64,000 nucleotides of DNA, taken from contig CBFDEM010000012.1 of NCBI GenBank assembly GCA_965603825.1, positions 682,001 through 746,000 on the forward strand, in the 5' to 3' direction. This document shows, piece by piece, positions 37,643-50,352 of the stretch. The notes under the pieces were generated by a model. The model had not been told where the DNA came from and did not search any database. It saw nothing but the letters and a program-made list of their open reading frames with translations. The translations under genes and the position numbers were made by a program. The first letter of the stretch is position 1, and each line of letters begins with the position of its first letter. The DNA comes from Blepharisma stoltei ATCC 30299 (taxonomy: Eukaryota; Protista; Ciliophora).

Positions 37643-40600
37643 TTAGGAGTTTTTCATATTATATCTCCCTAATAGTTCTTCTTTCAAGTTTTCTGTTTCC
37701 TTATGCAGGTCTTGGATCATTCTTGTCTTAGCTTCAATTTTTCTTTGCAGCTTTGGAGTAGCCTCAAGTCTTTTGCCTAAAATTTGAATCATTTCCTTAA
37801 TAGCGTCTTCCTCCTCTTTTTCCTCTTCACTAGATAAAAATTACTCAATGTCTTCCAGTTGATCTATGTTGCTATTTTTTCTTGATAAATAGTTCTCTTC
37901 TTTTTGGTTCATCAAATCATCTAATTCTGGGTAATAAGAAATTTCTTTAGTTGTTTCATGGACTTCTCCAATTACAATTATTTTATCTCCTTTATAAACT
38001 GTCATATTGGGTTCAGGGTTTGTAATGACAATTTCATGGTCAACTGTTGCCATTTTTTTGAGCTCTTCATCTGATTCGGTACCTGAACGCATATATCGCT
38101 TTGAAAAAATCCCTAAGGGAATCACTGGAGGAGTTAAATGGATGAAATCAATAAATAAATCATGGTAGGGGCAGGATTCACCATTAGTAAAATAATCAGC
38201 AGTCAGCTTTATTGTTTTTATTATAGAATTTTCCTGATATTTTTTGGATTCTGGCTGTGGCTTTGTGATTCCCATCATTTTCATCAGGATATCAATTAAA
38301 TCAGGATTATAATAAGTCTGGCAAATCAATGTTTCCAAATATGAAGTAAAATACACTTTTCCAGAAATATACTTCGGCCAAAAATGATATGGAAGATTTA
38401 TATAATCCCCATGTGGGCGGCTTCCCATGAACCTCATATAAGATTCATCCATAAGCTCCACTATATACTTTACTTTAGGAAACGACATTTCAATAATTCT
38501 GCTAAGCAGCACCACATCAGAATCCGGTGACTGGCTATTTTGACTACTTGACGATAGAATTAATGCACAATAGCAATCAGCAATTCCAGAATAATAAAGA
38601 TCTTGAAAATTAAGCATGCTCCCTTGTAAATAAAAAACATTCCCTTTTTTTGAAATTTTTTCCCATCTTGCGTCTGGGTCTTGGTCACTAAAAAAGCAGA
38701 CCGGTTGCTGTGAATAAACTCTTATAGTGTTTAAAAGCAGCTCAAACTCTTCTAAACTCCCAAAAACAAGCACATGATTTTTTATTTTTCCGCTTAAATC
38801 TTCATTTATAAGGTCAATCACATTACTGGTGACATCACACTTGTAGATATTTTGCTTGATTTTTTCTTTTTCAAACATCTGAATAATAGCTTTTTGTCTT
38901 TTTTCTGAAATAATCCCTCGAGAATGGGTTTCTCCTGCGTCATAATTTGATATTAAATCAGCACTTTCTTGGTCATCACAAATTAATAATAAATAATCCC
39001 CGTTTTTTAATACGTATTTTGAAGGGTTTAGCAGGACGTCATGTTTTTCCATTTTTGAGCTACCAAGCTTAACCCCAAGTGCCAAAATTCCGTTGCACAT
39101 AGTATAAATTACATATACAGCCTGGTCAAAAAGCATGCCTGCAAAATAGCTTGATATTGGCACGCAGTAAAACTCCTGAGCTAGGCCTCTGACAAATTTT
39201 AATAGCCATTCTGCGTTATGCCCATCACCAACTGAGTCGTTTACTGTAATATAAAGTCCGCCCATAATGGTGCAAAATCCTGGATTATGTATAGAAGAGC
39301 CTAAAATCCCCATTTTGACTGACTGTGTAGATATTGCTAAGCTCCCAGGACTGTATTCTTCTTCTTTTTTGTCAGTGTTCATAGCTCTGGTTAATTGGAT
39401 ATAGACCCTTACAAAGGGAGCTCTGGCTTGGATCATTTTGGCTAATAGTGTAACATAGGTGTCTTGGGATAATAAATTATCATTAAGCTGGTCTGTAAGT
39501 ATAAAAATGCTTTCTGCTATAAAAATATTTGCTTTTTTAAATGTAGATGAATTTGATGACTTTCCTTCTAAATATTGGACCTTCCCTTCATATCTTGGAT
39601 CATTAATAATGCCAAGCATTTCTTGTGTTGGGTATTCTTCACCAATGACAATACATTTTGTTTTGACATTTCCATGGTCAGTATGGTAATATTGAGTTAA
39701 AAATCTGTGCAATACCTTAAATCGGTAATTTCCCATAATTACTATGTGGTTGCTTGTGTTATAGTTTGTGTCGTATTTAGAGTAACTTTCCATAAGCTGC
39801 CCGAATTTTGAAATTTGGTTGGTTACTATAAAAACCATGATTAGGACGAAACATACTACAACCATACGGGATGCTGCTTTTAATGGATAAATATCTCCAT
39901 ATCCAATTGTGACTGAAGTTACTATTAAATAGTAAATTGCTGATAAAAAATCGAAAGTGCCTAGACAATTAAAAGAGCCAGGCTGTAAATCATTGAGGGA
40001 GCTAGCAATACCTGCGCCTATGAATAAAACAGAAAATATAGTGAGAGCTGTAATCCCAAGCTGCTTAGAAATTCCTGAGGTATCGACAGTGTATTTTAGC
40101 CTTCCACTTTCATCGTCTTCTGCTTTGGCAGCTTCAATTGTTTTAAAAATTCTTAAAATTCTCAAAGCTCTAAATATTCTAAGTGCTCTGAAAAAGCTTA
40201 AACTTCTTGTCCCAAATGACTGTGACCCAAATGAATCAACATAAACCGGGATAATAGTTAGCATATCTATTACAGTCATTTTGCTGAAAATAAACTCCCA
40301 TCTAGAAGAAGCTGCCCACATATGAAAAGTCCAATCAAAAAGAAAAATTGATGCAACTACCAGATCAATGATTTCAAATTCATCCGGATAATCATCACTC
40401 ATATAAGTGGACATTACATATAAAATGCATGCACCTACTGTAATTATAAACTCAAACACATCTCCTGCAATCCCAAAATAATTAATTAACATTTTGGTCA
40501 GCGGGATATGAGTTTGCAATGATTCCGTCAATTTTTCAATATGATTCCTATATTTCTCTACAATATCCTGGTCAAGCAGACAATTATTCACGATTTCACA

Positions 40601-40705
40601 TGTATCAGGGTCAATTAAATGTCCCAGCTTCCTACTTACATTGTAATCAGTAGTAGGATCCAAAGCTAACTGCAGCCTCTTTTCAATAAAATTTTCTTCG
40701 GTCAT
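37643..40705 (-). CDS. Ca2+-activated BK/Slo-family K+ channel
   Basis: S4 FRALRIFRALRILR, TIGYGD filter, two RCK domains; the apparent TAA at 37841 lies in intron 37830-37844, so the CDS extends to 37643. Confidence 0.9.
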
Positions 40706-40726
40706 TTTAATTAAATTTAAGAGAGG

Positions 40727-41962
40727 TTAATTAATTTTCATCTCATTGACCCATTTTTTGATGACTTCATAGGAAACTCCTCCAGTTTCGATGTCTACTC
40801 CTTCAGACCTGAACAAGTTTTTGGCTGTGGCTGTTGCAATAGCACTAGGTTTGATTTCAGTGACATCTTCAGGGATGAGAACACGGAATACTGATTTCAT
40901 GAATTTCACGATTTCTGGGAATTGTAGATCTCCATCTCCTGATTGGTCAAAGCATTCTACTGCAGCTTGAAGTTTGCTACCTAAGCTGCCTGCACATAGG
41001 ACAGATAGTCCACAGAATAGTTCTCCCATGCTAACAACACCATTGCCATCATCGTCAAACTGTGAGAACAAGTCTGAAATTAATAGATGTAAAGCAGTTT
41101 TATCAATTGATGCGTCACCTGCGTATTTAGTTATGAGGCTGTTTAAGATGGTTGAAAAGTCTTGACGAGAAAAAAATCCTGAGGAATTCTGTTCTCTAAA
41201 AGTCCTGAGGGCGTCTCTTACGTGGATTCTCCCAAGGCCTGTAATTTTCTTTTGGTTGTGGATGCTATCGATTCTTGCTTGGGATTTTAATTGGGCTTTT
41301 ATTTGGTTAAGCCTGTGCAGGAGTTGGTCTTTTCTCTGCTTGAGGGCTTCGATTTTTAAGGATTTATCTTCTTGGATTTTTTCAGTGATTTCTTGCCCGT
41401 TAAACCATGCTTTCATCTCTGGGAGGGTAATGACTCCGTCTTTATTAGTATCAATTTCTAAAAATATTTGCTCAACAGTTATTCTTGCCATGAATTCTGG
41501 AGTTTCACCATATTGGGCTTCCAGCTCAGGGTGGCATGAAAAAAGCATCCTAAAAGCAGCAGTCTGATGAGCAAGAAGTTCATCAAAAGAAATTAAACCG
41601 TCACCATTAGTATCATAAAGCATAAAAACTGCTTCAATTTTCTCATCTGGAGTGCCACCACAAAGTACAACAAGAGAATTTATTATTTCATCTTCCTCAA
41701 GTGTCCCATTTTTATTTTGATCGATCAGATCAAACAATCTTCTTATGGCTCTTCTTTTTCTCATTTTTTCAGTACCTTCTGTTGCACAGTCCAAGTCCAT
41801 CAGCAAATCTGAGAAGTCTTCAAATGATAAGCTTCCATGGCCGACTTTTCTTTGGATTTCATTTACTATGATTCTTGGATTTTTACTGGCCAGACCCAAA
41901 GTGTCCCTTAGTGTCATTAACTCTTTGAGTGATTCTTGATTTTCTTCTAGGAAGCCTGCCAT
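40727..41962 (-). CDS. Multi EF-hand Ca2+ sensor with two NCS/CBL-like halves
   Basis: DQNKNG, DTNGDG, DTNKDG, DDDGNG and DQSGDG loops; LCGG..EKI and LCAG..SKL motifs. Confidence 0.9.
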   Translation of the reverse strand: MAGFLEENQESLKELMTLRDTLGLASKNPRIIVNEIQRKVGHGSLSFEDFSDLLMDLDCATEGTEKMRKRRAIRRLFDLIDQNKNGTLEEDEIINSLVVLCGGTPDEKIEAVFMLYDTNGDGLISFDELLAHQTAAFRMLFSCHPELEAQYGETPEFMARITVEQIFLEIDTNKDGVITLPEMKAWFNGQEITEKIQEDKSLKIEALKQRKDQLLHRLNQIKAQLKSQARIDSIHNQKKITGLGRIHVRDALRTFREQNSSGFFSRQDFSTILNSLITKYAGDASIDKTALHLLISDLFSQFDDDGNGVVSMGELFCGLSVLCAGSLGSKLQAAVECFDQSGDGDLQFPEIVKFMKSVFRVLIPEDVTEIKPSAIATATAKNLFRSEGVDIETGGVSYEVIKKWVNEMKIN

Positions 41963-42106
41963 TAATATTAGCCATTTAAGGGTAGTCGTTTTTCCCTTTA
42001 AATACTCATAAATTTTATTTTAATTTTCCTTGATTAATTAAAATCAATTTTTATTGAGAAATTAAAGGATATTTTAAATTACTAAATAATAGCACTAATT
42101 GATGAG

Positions 42107-43964
42107 CTAAACTTTAAGGGTTTCCTGGATTATATTTGGGCCTCTGAATAGTAATTGATACTGGGATGTGATCTGGTTGACAAATTTTTTGGATTCTAAA
42201 TCAGTTTTCATGACAAAGGAATATCGCTTTTTGAAGCCTTTAAAGTGAAAAGTGAGGAATTTTGGGGTGCGCTTTTTGCTTGTGATTTTTTCAATATCCA
42301 AAATGTTAAAAACATAAGAAATTTTGGAGGAATTTTTAAGGTCGAGGGATCCACAAACGCCTATATAGAGCCATCTGTCTTTTACCCAGAAAAAATACTC
42401 ATCTTCTGACTCCAGCCGTGTGTCCTTATAAAATCTTTTGGCTACATAAAATGCTGTAGTTGGGTCAATTCTTATATTGTTTTCTCCCTTTTCTGTTTTA
42501 TTTTCACTTATTGGTTTTTCGTTATTTTTTTCTGGAGATCGAGACCTTATTAGCTTCCCAATAGTCCCAGTGAAACTTTTAAATCTGCTTTTAACCCTAT
42601 GCATAATTTTTGGCCCTTCAGGGCTACAAACTAAGCAGTAATTAGGGTCATGGCCTTCCAGATTTAAATTAAACATCTTAATAATCCCATGGCACAGCTC
42701 AAAACCTCCTTCAATTATACTGACATAAGGGAACCCTTTAACCAAAAACGCTTGCAATATATTTTCTACCATATTTTGTACAATATCTGCATTATAATGC
42801 TCATTTTGTAAGCTGAACTCAAAACTAGACGCTTTAAACGTTTTTGAGCCAAGCAGACAAAAATGAAAAATCCCTCTCATGCATAAAAACGCGTCTGGGA
42901 TATCAAGCATAACATTGCTATCATTATAAGCTTGTGGATTTAATAGCGCTGAGTTTGGAATAATCCCAGCTTGTTGCTCAGCTTCTGTTCTGCAGTCTAA
43001 TACTAGCATAGGTATATCTCTAGCTTTTTCTCTACAGAATTTGCAAAAATTCTCATCTCTTTCACATATGCACTTTTCAGGATATGCTTTTAATATAATT
43101 TCTTTAGCGCTTACATATAAACATGACTCTTTTCTTAGGGTATCTAGCAATGTATCGATAGTTTCCATATTGAAAACATCATATTTCCTTAGGCTGCTTT
43201 TTATTGAATATGGCATATTTTGTTTTATTTGTGCAGCCTTATGTAGCACTTCTTCGACGTCTTGGGAAGTTTCCAAATTAATTTCACAAATCGCTTGTGT
43301 TATCATTTGGTCTTGGCTGTTTAAAATTTGAAACTGAAAGTGAAAAAGCATTGCAATCCCTATATAGACTGGGAAAAAAGGGTCATTTTCTTTCACCAAA
43401 TCTTCTCACAGCTTATAAATCAAGTTTACATCACTAATTTTGTTGGCAAAAAGTGTAATAAACCAAGAAGTTGCATATAGCTCTGGAGAAATCCCATTAA
43501 TATGTAAAAAACTACTGAATCTAGGCTCATGATATCGCAGAACTAAGCGAAATACCAAAAAATACGCTTGCAGTGGTCTGAATCCCTAAAGTAAATTTTA
43601 CACTGTCTATAAACATTGTAGGTAGATAAGTGTGTATAAATTTTTTGAACATTAAATAAGCATGCTCTTTTGGAAGCCCGTCACGCATCAATAATAAAAA
43701 AGGTGCCATGATCTCATTCATCCCTTGCTTATATGAAGTTGTGTGCTCTTTACAGTAAAATGTTAATAAAATTTCTAGTGTTTTTCGTTCATTTTCAGTC
43801 AAAATTCCAGTGCGAGTTCTTTCGACATCAGATTTTATAACTCGCTGATTCGGCAAATCCAACGCAGTTTCTATTTCCAATGTAGGGTCATCTTCTACAT
43901 GTAAAATCATCTAAATTACAGGTACTTTCCAGGTGTTGATTTTGCTTTTGCTTTCAGCGTCCAT
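42107..43964 (-). CDS. TBC1D23: TBC + rhodanese-like + PH-like protein, TBC1D23-like (608 aa)
   Basis: IKSDVERT, YKQGMNEI, VLDCR, FPYVS..EGGF; 15-nt intron 43911-43925 and 16-nt intron 43586-43601 restore the frame exactly. Confidence 0.85.
43586..43601 (-). other. 16-nt spliceosomal intron
   Basis: gtaaaatttactttag; removal fixes a frame change inside the TBC domain (MFIDS|GFRPLQ..LRYHEP). Confidence 0.85.
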
Positions 43965-44141
43965 GTTTTATGGGTTGAGAAAAACTGGTATCAGTATTTT
44001 TTGATTATGTAAATAGGGATTTTGCATAAAATTTTAACAAACATGAAAGACTTATCAAATTTTGTCGAAAAATTATCAAGTTCAGTTATCATTGCATTTC
44101 TGTTTAAAAATAATATTCAAAAGGATTACGATAAAATTAAT

Positions 44142-44624
44142 ATGGGATGCTGCTGCTGTTCTCAAGAAACCGGAGAAGTCCTGATAATTTCTTCACCGAA
44201 CACGCTTAAACGTCAAGAAAATATCCTTATTTTAAAAAATTCTGACTCTTTTGATGATATAAGTCTTCCTTCACATGATGATAGTCTTATCACAAATACT
44301 AACCAAAACAATGATGGGTCTATGCTAAACCCTACAACTCACCAGTCCACGCCAAATTCACCTAGGCCGAGGTCTACAAGCTTTACGCCTCATCCAACAA
44401 AATCTGACTTGGAGTCCGCCTTTTTATATAAAAAACCTTTTCTTTCTAGGGCTGACACCCCGAAATTTTCAGATTTTTCGCTGGCTGCAGAGCTAGCTTC
44501 ACGAATTAATAGAGAAAAGGAAGAGGGCGGAAAAAATCGCGAAAAAAAGTCAAATAATGTTGTGAATTTGAAAATGACCGGAAATAGCTATGATGATACA
44601 AATAAAAAAAGATGGGATTCTTAA
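44142..44624 (+). CDS. Hypothetical protein with MGCCCC acylation motif
   Basis: ATG at 44142 follows an AT-rich leader; the track start is TTG. Confidence 0.6.
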   Translation: MGCCCCSQETGEVLIISSPNTLKRQENILILKNSDSFDDISLPSHDDSLITNTNQNNDGSMLNPTTHQSTPNSPRPRSTSFTPHPTKSDLESAFLYKKPFLSRADTPKFSDFSLAAELASRINREKEEGGKNREKKSNNVVNLKMTGNSYDDTNKKRWDS

Positions 44625-44736
44625 TTGTTGATATTTAATATAATACAGATAATATCTAATAAAATAATCACTTATTCAGCCTTCCATATTTTTATTATTA
44701 ATATAATAGGGTTTTATACTTAAGTTAAATGATCAT

Positions 44737-45690
44737 TTATTGTACTCGGCATTTACTACCACAATCTTCTGCACATATATCTGATAATATCGTTCTAATC
44801 TCACATAGATCATTTAAAGCTTCTCCAGCTGATTTTTTCTTTAGGTTTCTTTTCTCCACAATTTTATCACTTTCGATTAAAAGTTCCATAGATATTTTTT
44901 CACCTTTTATGACGCTCGTCATTATGTTTTTTAAATCTCCAATCTGTTCTATTATTGATACTATTTCAGGATGATTTTTTACATCAAATTTCGCTTTGTG
45001 TGGATTATTGCTGATAAAAAGGTCAATATCTTCTGAAAATTCAAGCAAAATGCTTTCGTCTTTTTTCGACTCATTATCACTGAATTTGCCAATTTTGTTG
45101 ATTTTTATGTCTAAATTTTCATTTTCTATCTTAATTGCTTGTTTTCTCTTCATTTCAATTTTCTTATATTTTTCTATTTCATGTCTCAGCTCTTTTATAG
45201 TTTTTTCTTTTTCCTTCATAATTTCTTCGTATTCTTGGGATTCTTTTGCGAATAAATCTTTGAATTTTTGTTCACGTTCTTCTACAAGCTTACTTAGACG
45301 TTTTAGCATTTCATCTTTATAGTCTAATTCGGATTTGAGCTGGCTAATTTCATCAGTAGCTGCAGATAATTTTTGCTCAAAATTGTGGCTGAGTTGCTTG
45401 AAATGGTCTCTTTCGACCTCAATTTTTAATTTTTCGTTTTTAAAGCTTAAGAAATTCATTTGATCTTGTGGAAGAATTGCTGATATGTGGTCTTTGGCTT
45501 CTGAGTGATGCTCCCATGATGATCTGGGAGTCAAATTTTTTGGCGAAAAATAGTTTTGGGTGGAAGAGCAAGCTGGGATCGTTGTGTGATGCTTGTTAGG
45601 AGATCTTTCAAAAAACATTGAAGGTGGTTTACCTAGAGGAGTTGAGCAAGTTGTATTGATCGAGTTTTCTGTCGGGGTTTTATGTAGCAT
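44737..45690 (-). CDS. Coiled-coil hypothetical protein ending CRVQ (CaaX-like)
   Basis: 317-aa ORF with heptad-rich centre. Confidence 0.7.
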   Translation of the reverse strand: MLHKTPTENSINTTCSTPLGKPPSMFFERSPNKHHTTIPACSSTQNYFSPKNLTPRSSWEHHSEAKDHISAILPQDQMNFLSFKNEKLKIEVERDHFKQLSHNFEQKLSAATDEISQLKSELDYKDEMLKRLSKLVEEREQKFKDLFAKESQEYEEIMKEKEKTIKELRHEIEKYKKIEMKRKQAIKIENENLDIKINKIGKFSDNESKKDESILLEFSEDIDLFISNNPHKAKFDVKNHPEIVSIIEQIGDLKNIMTSVIKGEKISMELLIESDKIVEKRNLKKKSAGEALNDLCEIRTILSDICAEDCGSKCRVQ

Positions 45691-45729
45691 TTATTAAGTA
45701 TTTTTTAAATTAAAGATATTAATGGATTT

Positions 45730-48078
45730 TTATTTAAACAATGTCCTTCTTCTGCCAGATATAATAGTTGACGACCTTCGGAATTCCACTTGAGGGATTT
45801 TTAATTGGAGAAGCTTGTATTTATCAATAATATAGCCTAAGCTACTTGTAATCAGAAAATCTGTGTACGAATTCATTATTACCTCCTCATTCAAGTCTGG
45901 ACGCAACTGATTTAAAATTGAATAATATTCCTGATATGTGCTAACATTTTCCAATTCCTCATAGTTTTCTTTTATTTCGTTATATCTTTTCTCAAACTCT
46001 GTCAATATTAGCAGCACAAAATCTTCGATAAAAACTACGCAGGATTTCGATTTTTCTAAATTTTCGTTAAATTTGAGATCGTAAATAAAAAATTTTTTAT
46101 CGATAAATTCTTTATTTTCGGGGTTAAAATATTTTCAAAATAAATGCAAATTTTCATCTGATAGAGAAAATCCACACTTTTCTCGAATGAGAATGGTAAA
46201 GGATTCAAAATTGACTAATTATTGATTACTTTGTCCAGATTTATCAATATCAACGCTATCAATTATGCTTTTGTAGTTTTTCTTGCTTTGGCTAAGGCTG
46301 TATACGAATCTGATAAGTATTGAATTTATTTTTAATTCTTCGTCATTTAGTGTATTTTTGTCTGCAAATGGGGCAGATATATTGATATTTGTCATTATAA
46401 ACTCTGCTAATTCTTGGTCTCGGATCGCTAATTTTTCTAAATTTTGCTGCAGTGCTTGAAAAGGTGCTTGGTAAATTGGCCCATTTGGAATTTTCAGGTC
46501 TAAGAACTGTGATATCAATTTTGATATAAAATTTTCTATTTGGAATGGTAACATATATGAAAGGCTCAGCATTTTTTCAGCAACAACAGCTCAATGCACA
46601 TTATTATTTTTCAATTCTTTTACTTTTTTACATATATTATACAGCCCAACACCTAACTCTTCCTTTGAAAAAAACCTTGGGACTATTTTTGATAAAAAAA
46701 AATTCGGAAATTTTTCAGCACCTTTATAGCTTTGTAAAGCTTCATAAAATATATTTTTTATGTCTTCTTCATTTAAAGCACAAGGACCTTCTTTTATAAT
46801 GTCATAAAAAGGATGAATTGATAGCTGCGGATATGATTGTTCCTGTATCCCAAGCTTATTTTGTATGAAACACCAGTCTGTTTGTGTATCTTTCTCTTTT
46901 GAAGGTTTTTTGCTATCAATATGTTTCGCGATTTCCATCATCCCAGATATCGTATTTAGTGTGACTGCTTGTTTTTCATTTTCGTCTACAGTTTCTGTTA
47001 TAACGGAGTCCAGCTTTTTTAGCATTTTTCCTACACCTTTTATTATGTCGAACCTATTGTCTATTTCTGTAAGCTCTACAATTTTGATATCTTTGTCTAA
47101 TGAGGCTTGTTTTAGTGTTTTTATTTCTTCTTTCATATCATCTATAGTCTTTTTGAGGTTTTTAATATATTCTAAATATGAAGCGTCTTTTCTTTTTAAA
47201 TCATTTTGTAATGTTTCTGTTTCTTTTCTGTGTTTTTCTATATAATCCCTAATTTTTAGCTTCATCATCTCAACAGCATCAGTAATAGTGTAATCATGGA
47301 TTCTTAATGACAAATCAAATGCTTTTAAAACAACTCTTCACAGCATTTCAAAAATAATCGCTTCATCTAAAGCGCCTTTAGATCGGACAGCTCTTATAGT
47401 TTCCCTTACAAATACAGTATATCTATTTAATTTTTCCACAATTTCCGAGCTAGGAATTTTTAGAATTCTTTTTGCATCCACATTTGTAAGCTGATGCAGC
47501 TCATCTTCTAACTGATAATAAAGCCCAACTGGCAATTTTTCTATTTCTTTTCCTAAATCTTTAGCCCTCGTCATTTGAAATGTCAATTCTAAGTCAAATT
47601 TCAGTTTTTTCAAATAAAATAAGCTTTCAGTAAACTCTTTAAATTTTTCATTGTCAACGTTTTCTAATTCATTTTCCAAATTAAAAAATTTTTCAGCATT
47701 TTCGACTGAGTCGAATCGAGAAATTGGATTTAAAAGTGACAAAAAAATTTCGCCTCTGGAGCCTCGGAATAGTCTTTTATTTGCTTCATCTTGTATGAAA
47801 TTTTTAAATTTGGGGTCATCAGGAGGGTTTATTTCGGTTGACCTGATTTCGGAGAGCATTAAAGAAGGGTGGGAAGACCTATGTTTGGTTGTGTGGGGAG
47901 TCCGGGTACCAGAAGTTCGTTGTCTTTCTTGAGAGATTGGAGAGTTGTTGAGGGATAATCCGGGATGTCGATTGTTTTTTGTGGTTGAAGGTGTGGATTT
48001 AAGAGAATTTACGTAAGTGCTGAAGTCTAAATATTCTTTTCTTTTGGGTTCGGTGTTTCGAGTTGTTTTTCTTCTCAT
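45730..48078 (-). CDS. Large coiled-coil + EF-hand protein (~777 aa)
   Basis: Four track ORFs share a frame, joined by TGA and intron 46215-46229; splicing creates the loop DIDKSGQINFESF. Confidence 0.8.
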
Positions 48079-48257
48079 ATGCTGATAAGATAAAATAGTT
48101 AAAATGTCTAAGATTTGGATAAATAAAATAAAATGTTGGAATAAAAAGTTTAGAATTGATGATATTATTTGTTAGAAAAATAAAATGATATTGGAATTAT
48201 CAAGCTAAAAATAGTATTTTTAATGATGTAAAATTGATAATTCTGAAACGCCTGAGA

Positions 48258-48602
48258 TTAATCAATTGTATGTGCTTGTGTTTGTATTGACGAATCCAAA
48301 AATTTTCTGAAGCGGTTTTTAAAAAGGTCTTTTAGGATTCAATTTGAATAGGTAATTGTTTCTGGGGGTAATGTAAAATTAATTCGGTATCTGCAGAAAT
48401 TGATTTTGCAGCCTAGTCACAAGAGTCCAGCCGGAATGATAATGTTTCTTCCTTTGTATTTAAGGTTATACACTATTTGATTCAATAATTCTATTTGTAT
48501 AGATTTTTCTTTGGTGATCAGATTGCATCACCGGATGTATATTGCAGATATTTTTTGATTATTATAATTATCTTTTATGGTCATATTGTCATATCTCTGC
48601 AT
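48258..48602 (-). CDS. Possible 114-aa orphan visible only with TGA=Trp
   Basis: ATG 48602 to TAA 48258 with three in-frame TGA and no TAA/TAG; no recognisable motif. Confidence 0.35.
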
Positions 48603-48727
48603 AAGTTTATGATAATTATTTCTATGCTAATAAAAAAATTTTATGAGAAATCTTATAAGAAAGACTTAACTAATAATTAAATAAAGAATTCAAAATATTA
48701 AAGAAGGCTATGGATTTACGAAGCATA

Positions 48728-49276
48728 TTAAACTGAATTTTTTTCACTCATCCTAACTGATCCTCTATTAGATAAACTTTCCTTTTCCTTCGGTGCAAAG
48801 ACAGAAGCTCCTCTCAGAGGAGCTCCGTATTCATAACTTGACGCAAAATCACTAGAAATCTGATACTCGTCAAGCAAAATGTCGTCAATATTTTCCAAAA
48901 AATCTCTATTTACAGTGATCCTCGCATCTGACTCAGTTACGGGGTTATATTCAAATGAAGCAGTTAAAGGTGAAAGCAGAAATTCTAAATTATTTTCAGT
49001 TTTCTTATTTTGGAAACTCTCATTTTCTCGTTTTATATTGCTAAGTCCATCTGTAACTAATAATTCATCAGCAACAGATTCTTCATTATAAACCCCTGAA
49101 TCTTGATATCCGCTCACTTCATCCGGCACCGAACAACTTATCTCATTTAGCTTCATTTGAGCTGACAACAAATTTTGATCAAGCCGATTAAGATATTTCA
49201 CAAGCATTTCTCCTCTCAATTCTTCTTCAGTTTTAGCCAGATTTGCTTTTCTTTGCACGCACTCACAAATTCCCAT
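48728..49276 (-). CDS. Hypothetical protein (MGICEC N-terminus)
   Basis: 182-aa ORF. Confidence 0.65.
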   Translation of the reverse strand: MGICECVQRKANLAKTEEELRGEMLVKYLNRLDQNLLSAQMKLNEISCSVPDEVSGYQDSGVYNEESVADELLVTDGLSNIKRENESFQNKKTENNLEFLLSPLTASFEYNPVTESDARITVNRDFLENIDDILLDEYQISSDFASSYEYGAPLRGASVFAPKEKESLSNRGSVRMSEKNSV

Positions 49277-49291
49277 ATTGAATAAATTAAA

Positions 49292-50011
49292 TTAACTTAA
49301 AAGTATGCTTGCACAACTTTCCCTATCAAAATTTTTGGTTTTATTCTCCAACCTTCGTTTTTGGGCCTTTGTGAGCCTCCCAAGCGGCTTTGTGTTGCTT
49401 TCGCTGAACATACTATGAATCTCAATGTAAAACTGAGCGTATTTCTTTGGGGAAACGTACAAGTTAAAATTAATCAAGTCCATGAATTTCGACTCAAGCT
49501 CACAAAGCTCGTGGGAGGTAAAAAATGGGTAAATTCTGGATAATTCTGCATTTGTCATAGGCAGATCGTCAAAAACCTTGTGTGCAATAAAAAGCGCACA
49601 AAGGATAATTGGTCGTCACGTTAGTTCTCGAAGGAAAAGTCGGTCAGTTTTTATTATTTGATATATATATACCAGCGAAATAATAAGGCATTCCGGACTG
49701 CATTGAATTCCGTTATAAAGCGCTTCTAAAAACTTTGTCACTATAATATCATTTGGCACCTGCTTCAGTTGATCAATTCTCTCCTGAGGGAAATTTTTAG
49801 TTTTTAAATATTTTCCTTCATCGAATGTAGAATCGCCTAGATTTTGCTTGTTTTGCTCAATATCAATAGTGATTTGATAGTGGATAAGTATAGAGACCCC
49901 ACGAATTAGAAGAAAAAGATCTTCTTCTTCGTTAAATTCTTTCTCAATATTGCTCGTAAAAGAAGTACACCTCCTTAAATCTTCAGTGGAAGGGAAAGAA
50001 TTAGGATTCAT
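49292..50011 (-). CDS. Cyclin Y / PHO80-like cyclin (239 aa)
   Basis: SPECLIISLVYI...TW(TGA)RPIILCALFIAHKVFDD...ELESKFMDLINFNLYV...YAQFY. Confidence 0.88.
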
Positions 50012-50352
50012 AATTGAATAAATTATTTGCCATCAGTTGGTGTCTGAATAATGGCGAATTAATTTACAGTATCCATATTATTTATTACTTTAATTGGATT
50101 TATTAAGCAAAGGGTAAAATTTACAAATTCAATCAGAATTATGGAGATTTCATTGGAATTTACTATTTTTTAATGAAAATTCAGGCATTTTGTGATTGTT
50201 AGAATAAAATTTGGCACTAAAAAAATTTGATATTTTCATTGACATTCTACCCGATTATAAAAAATAAAATTTTATTTTTTTAAAATATTGATAATTTATA
50301 TGATTATACTGCAAATTTATTGATTTTTTAGAAAAAAATCACTTATTCAGTC

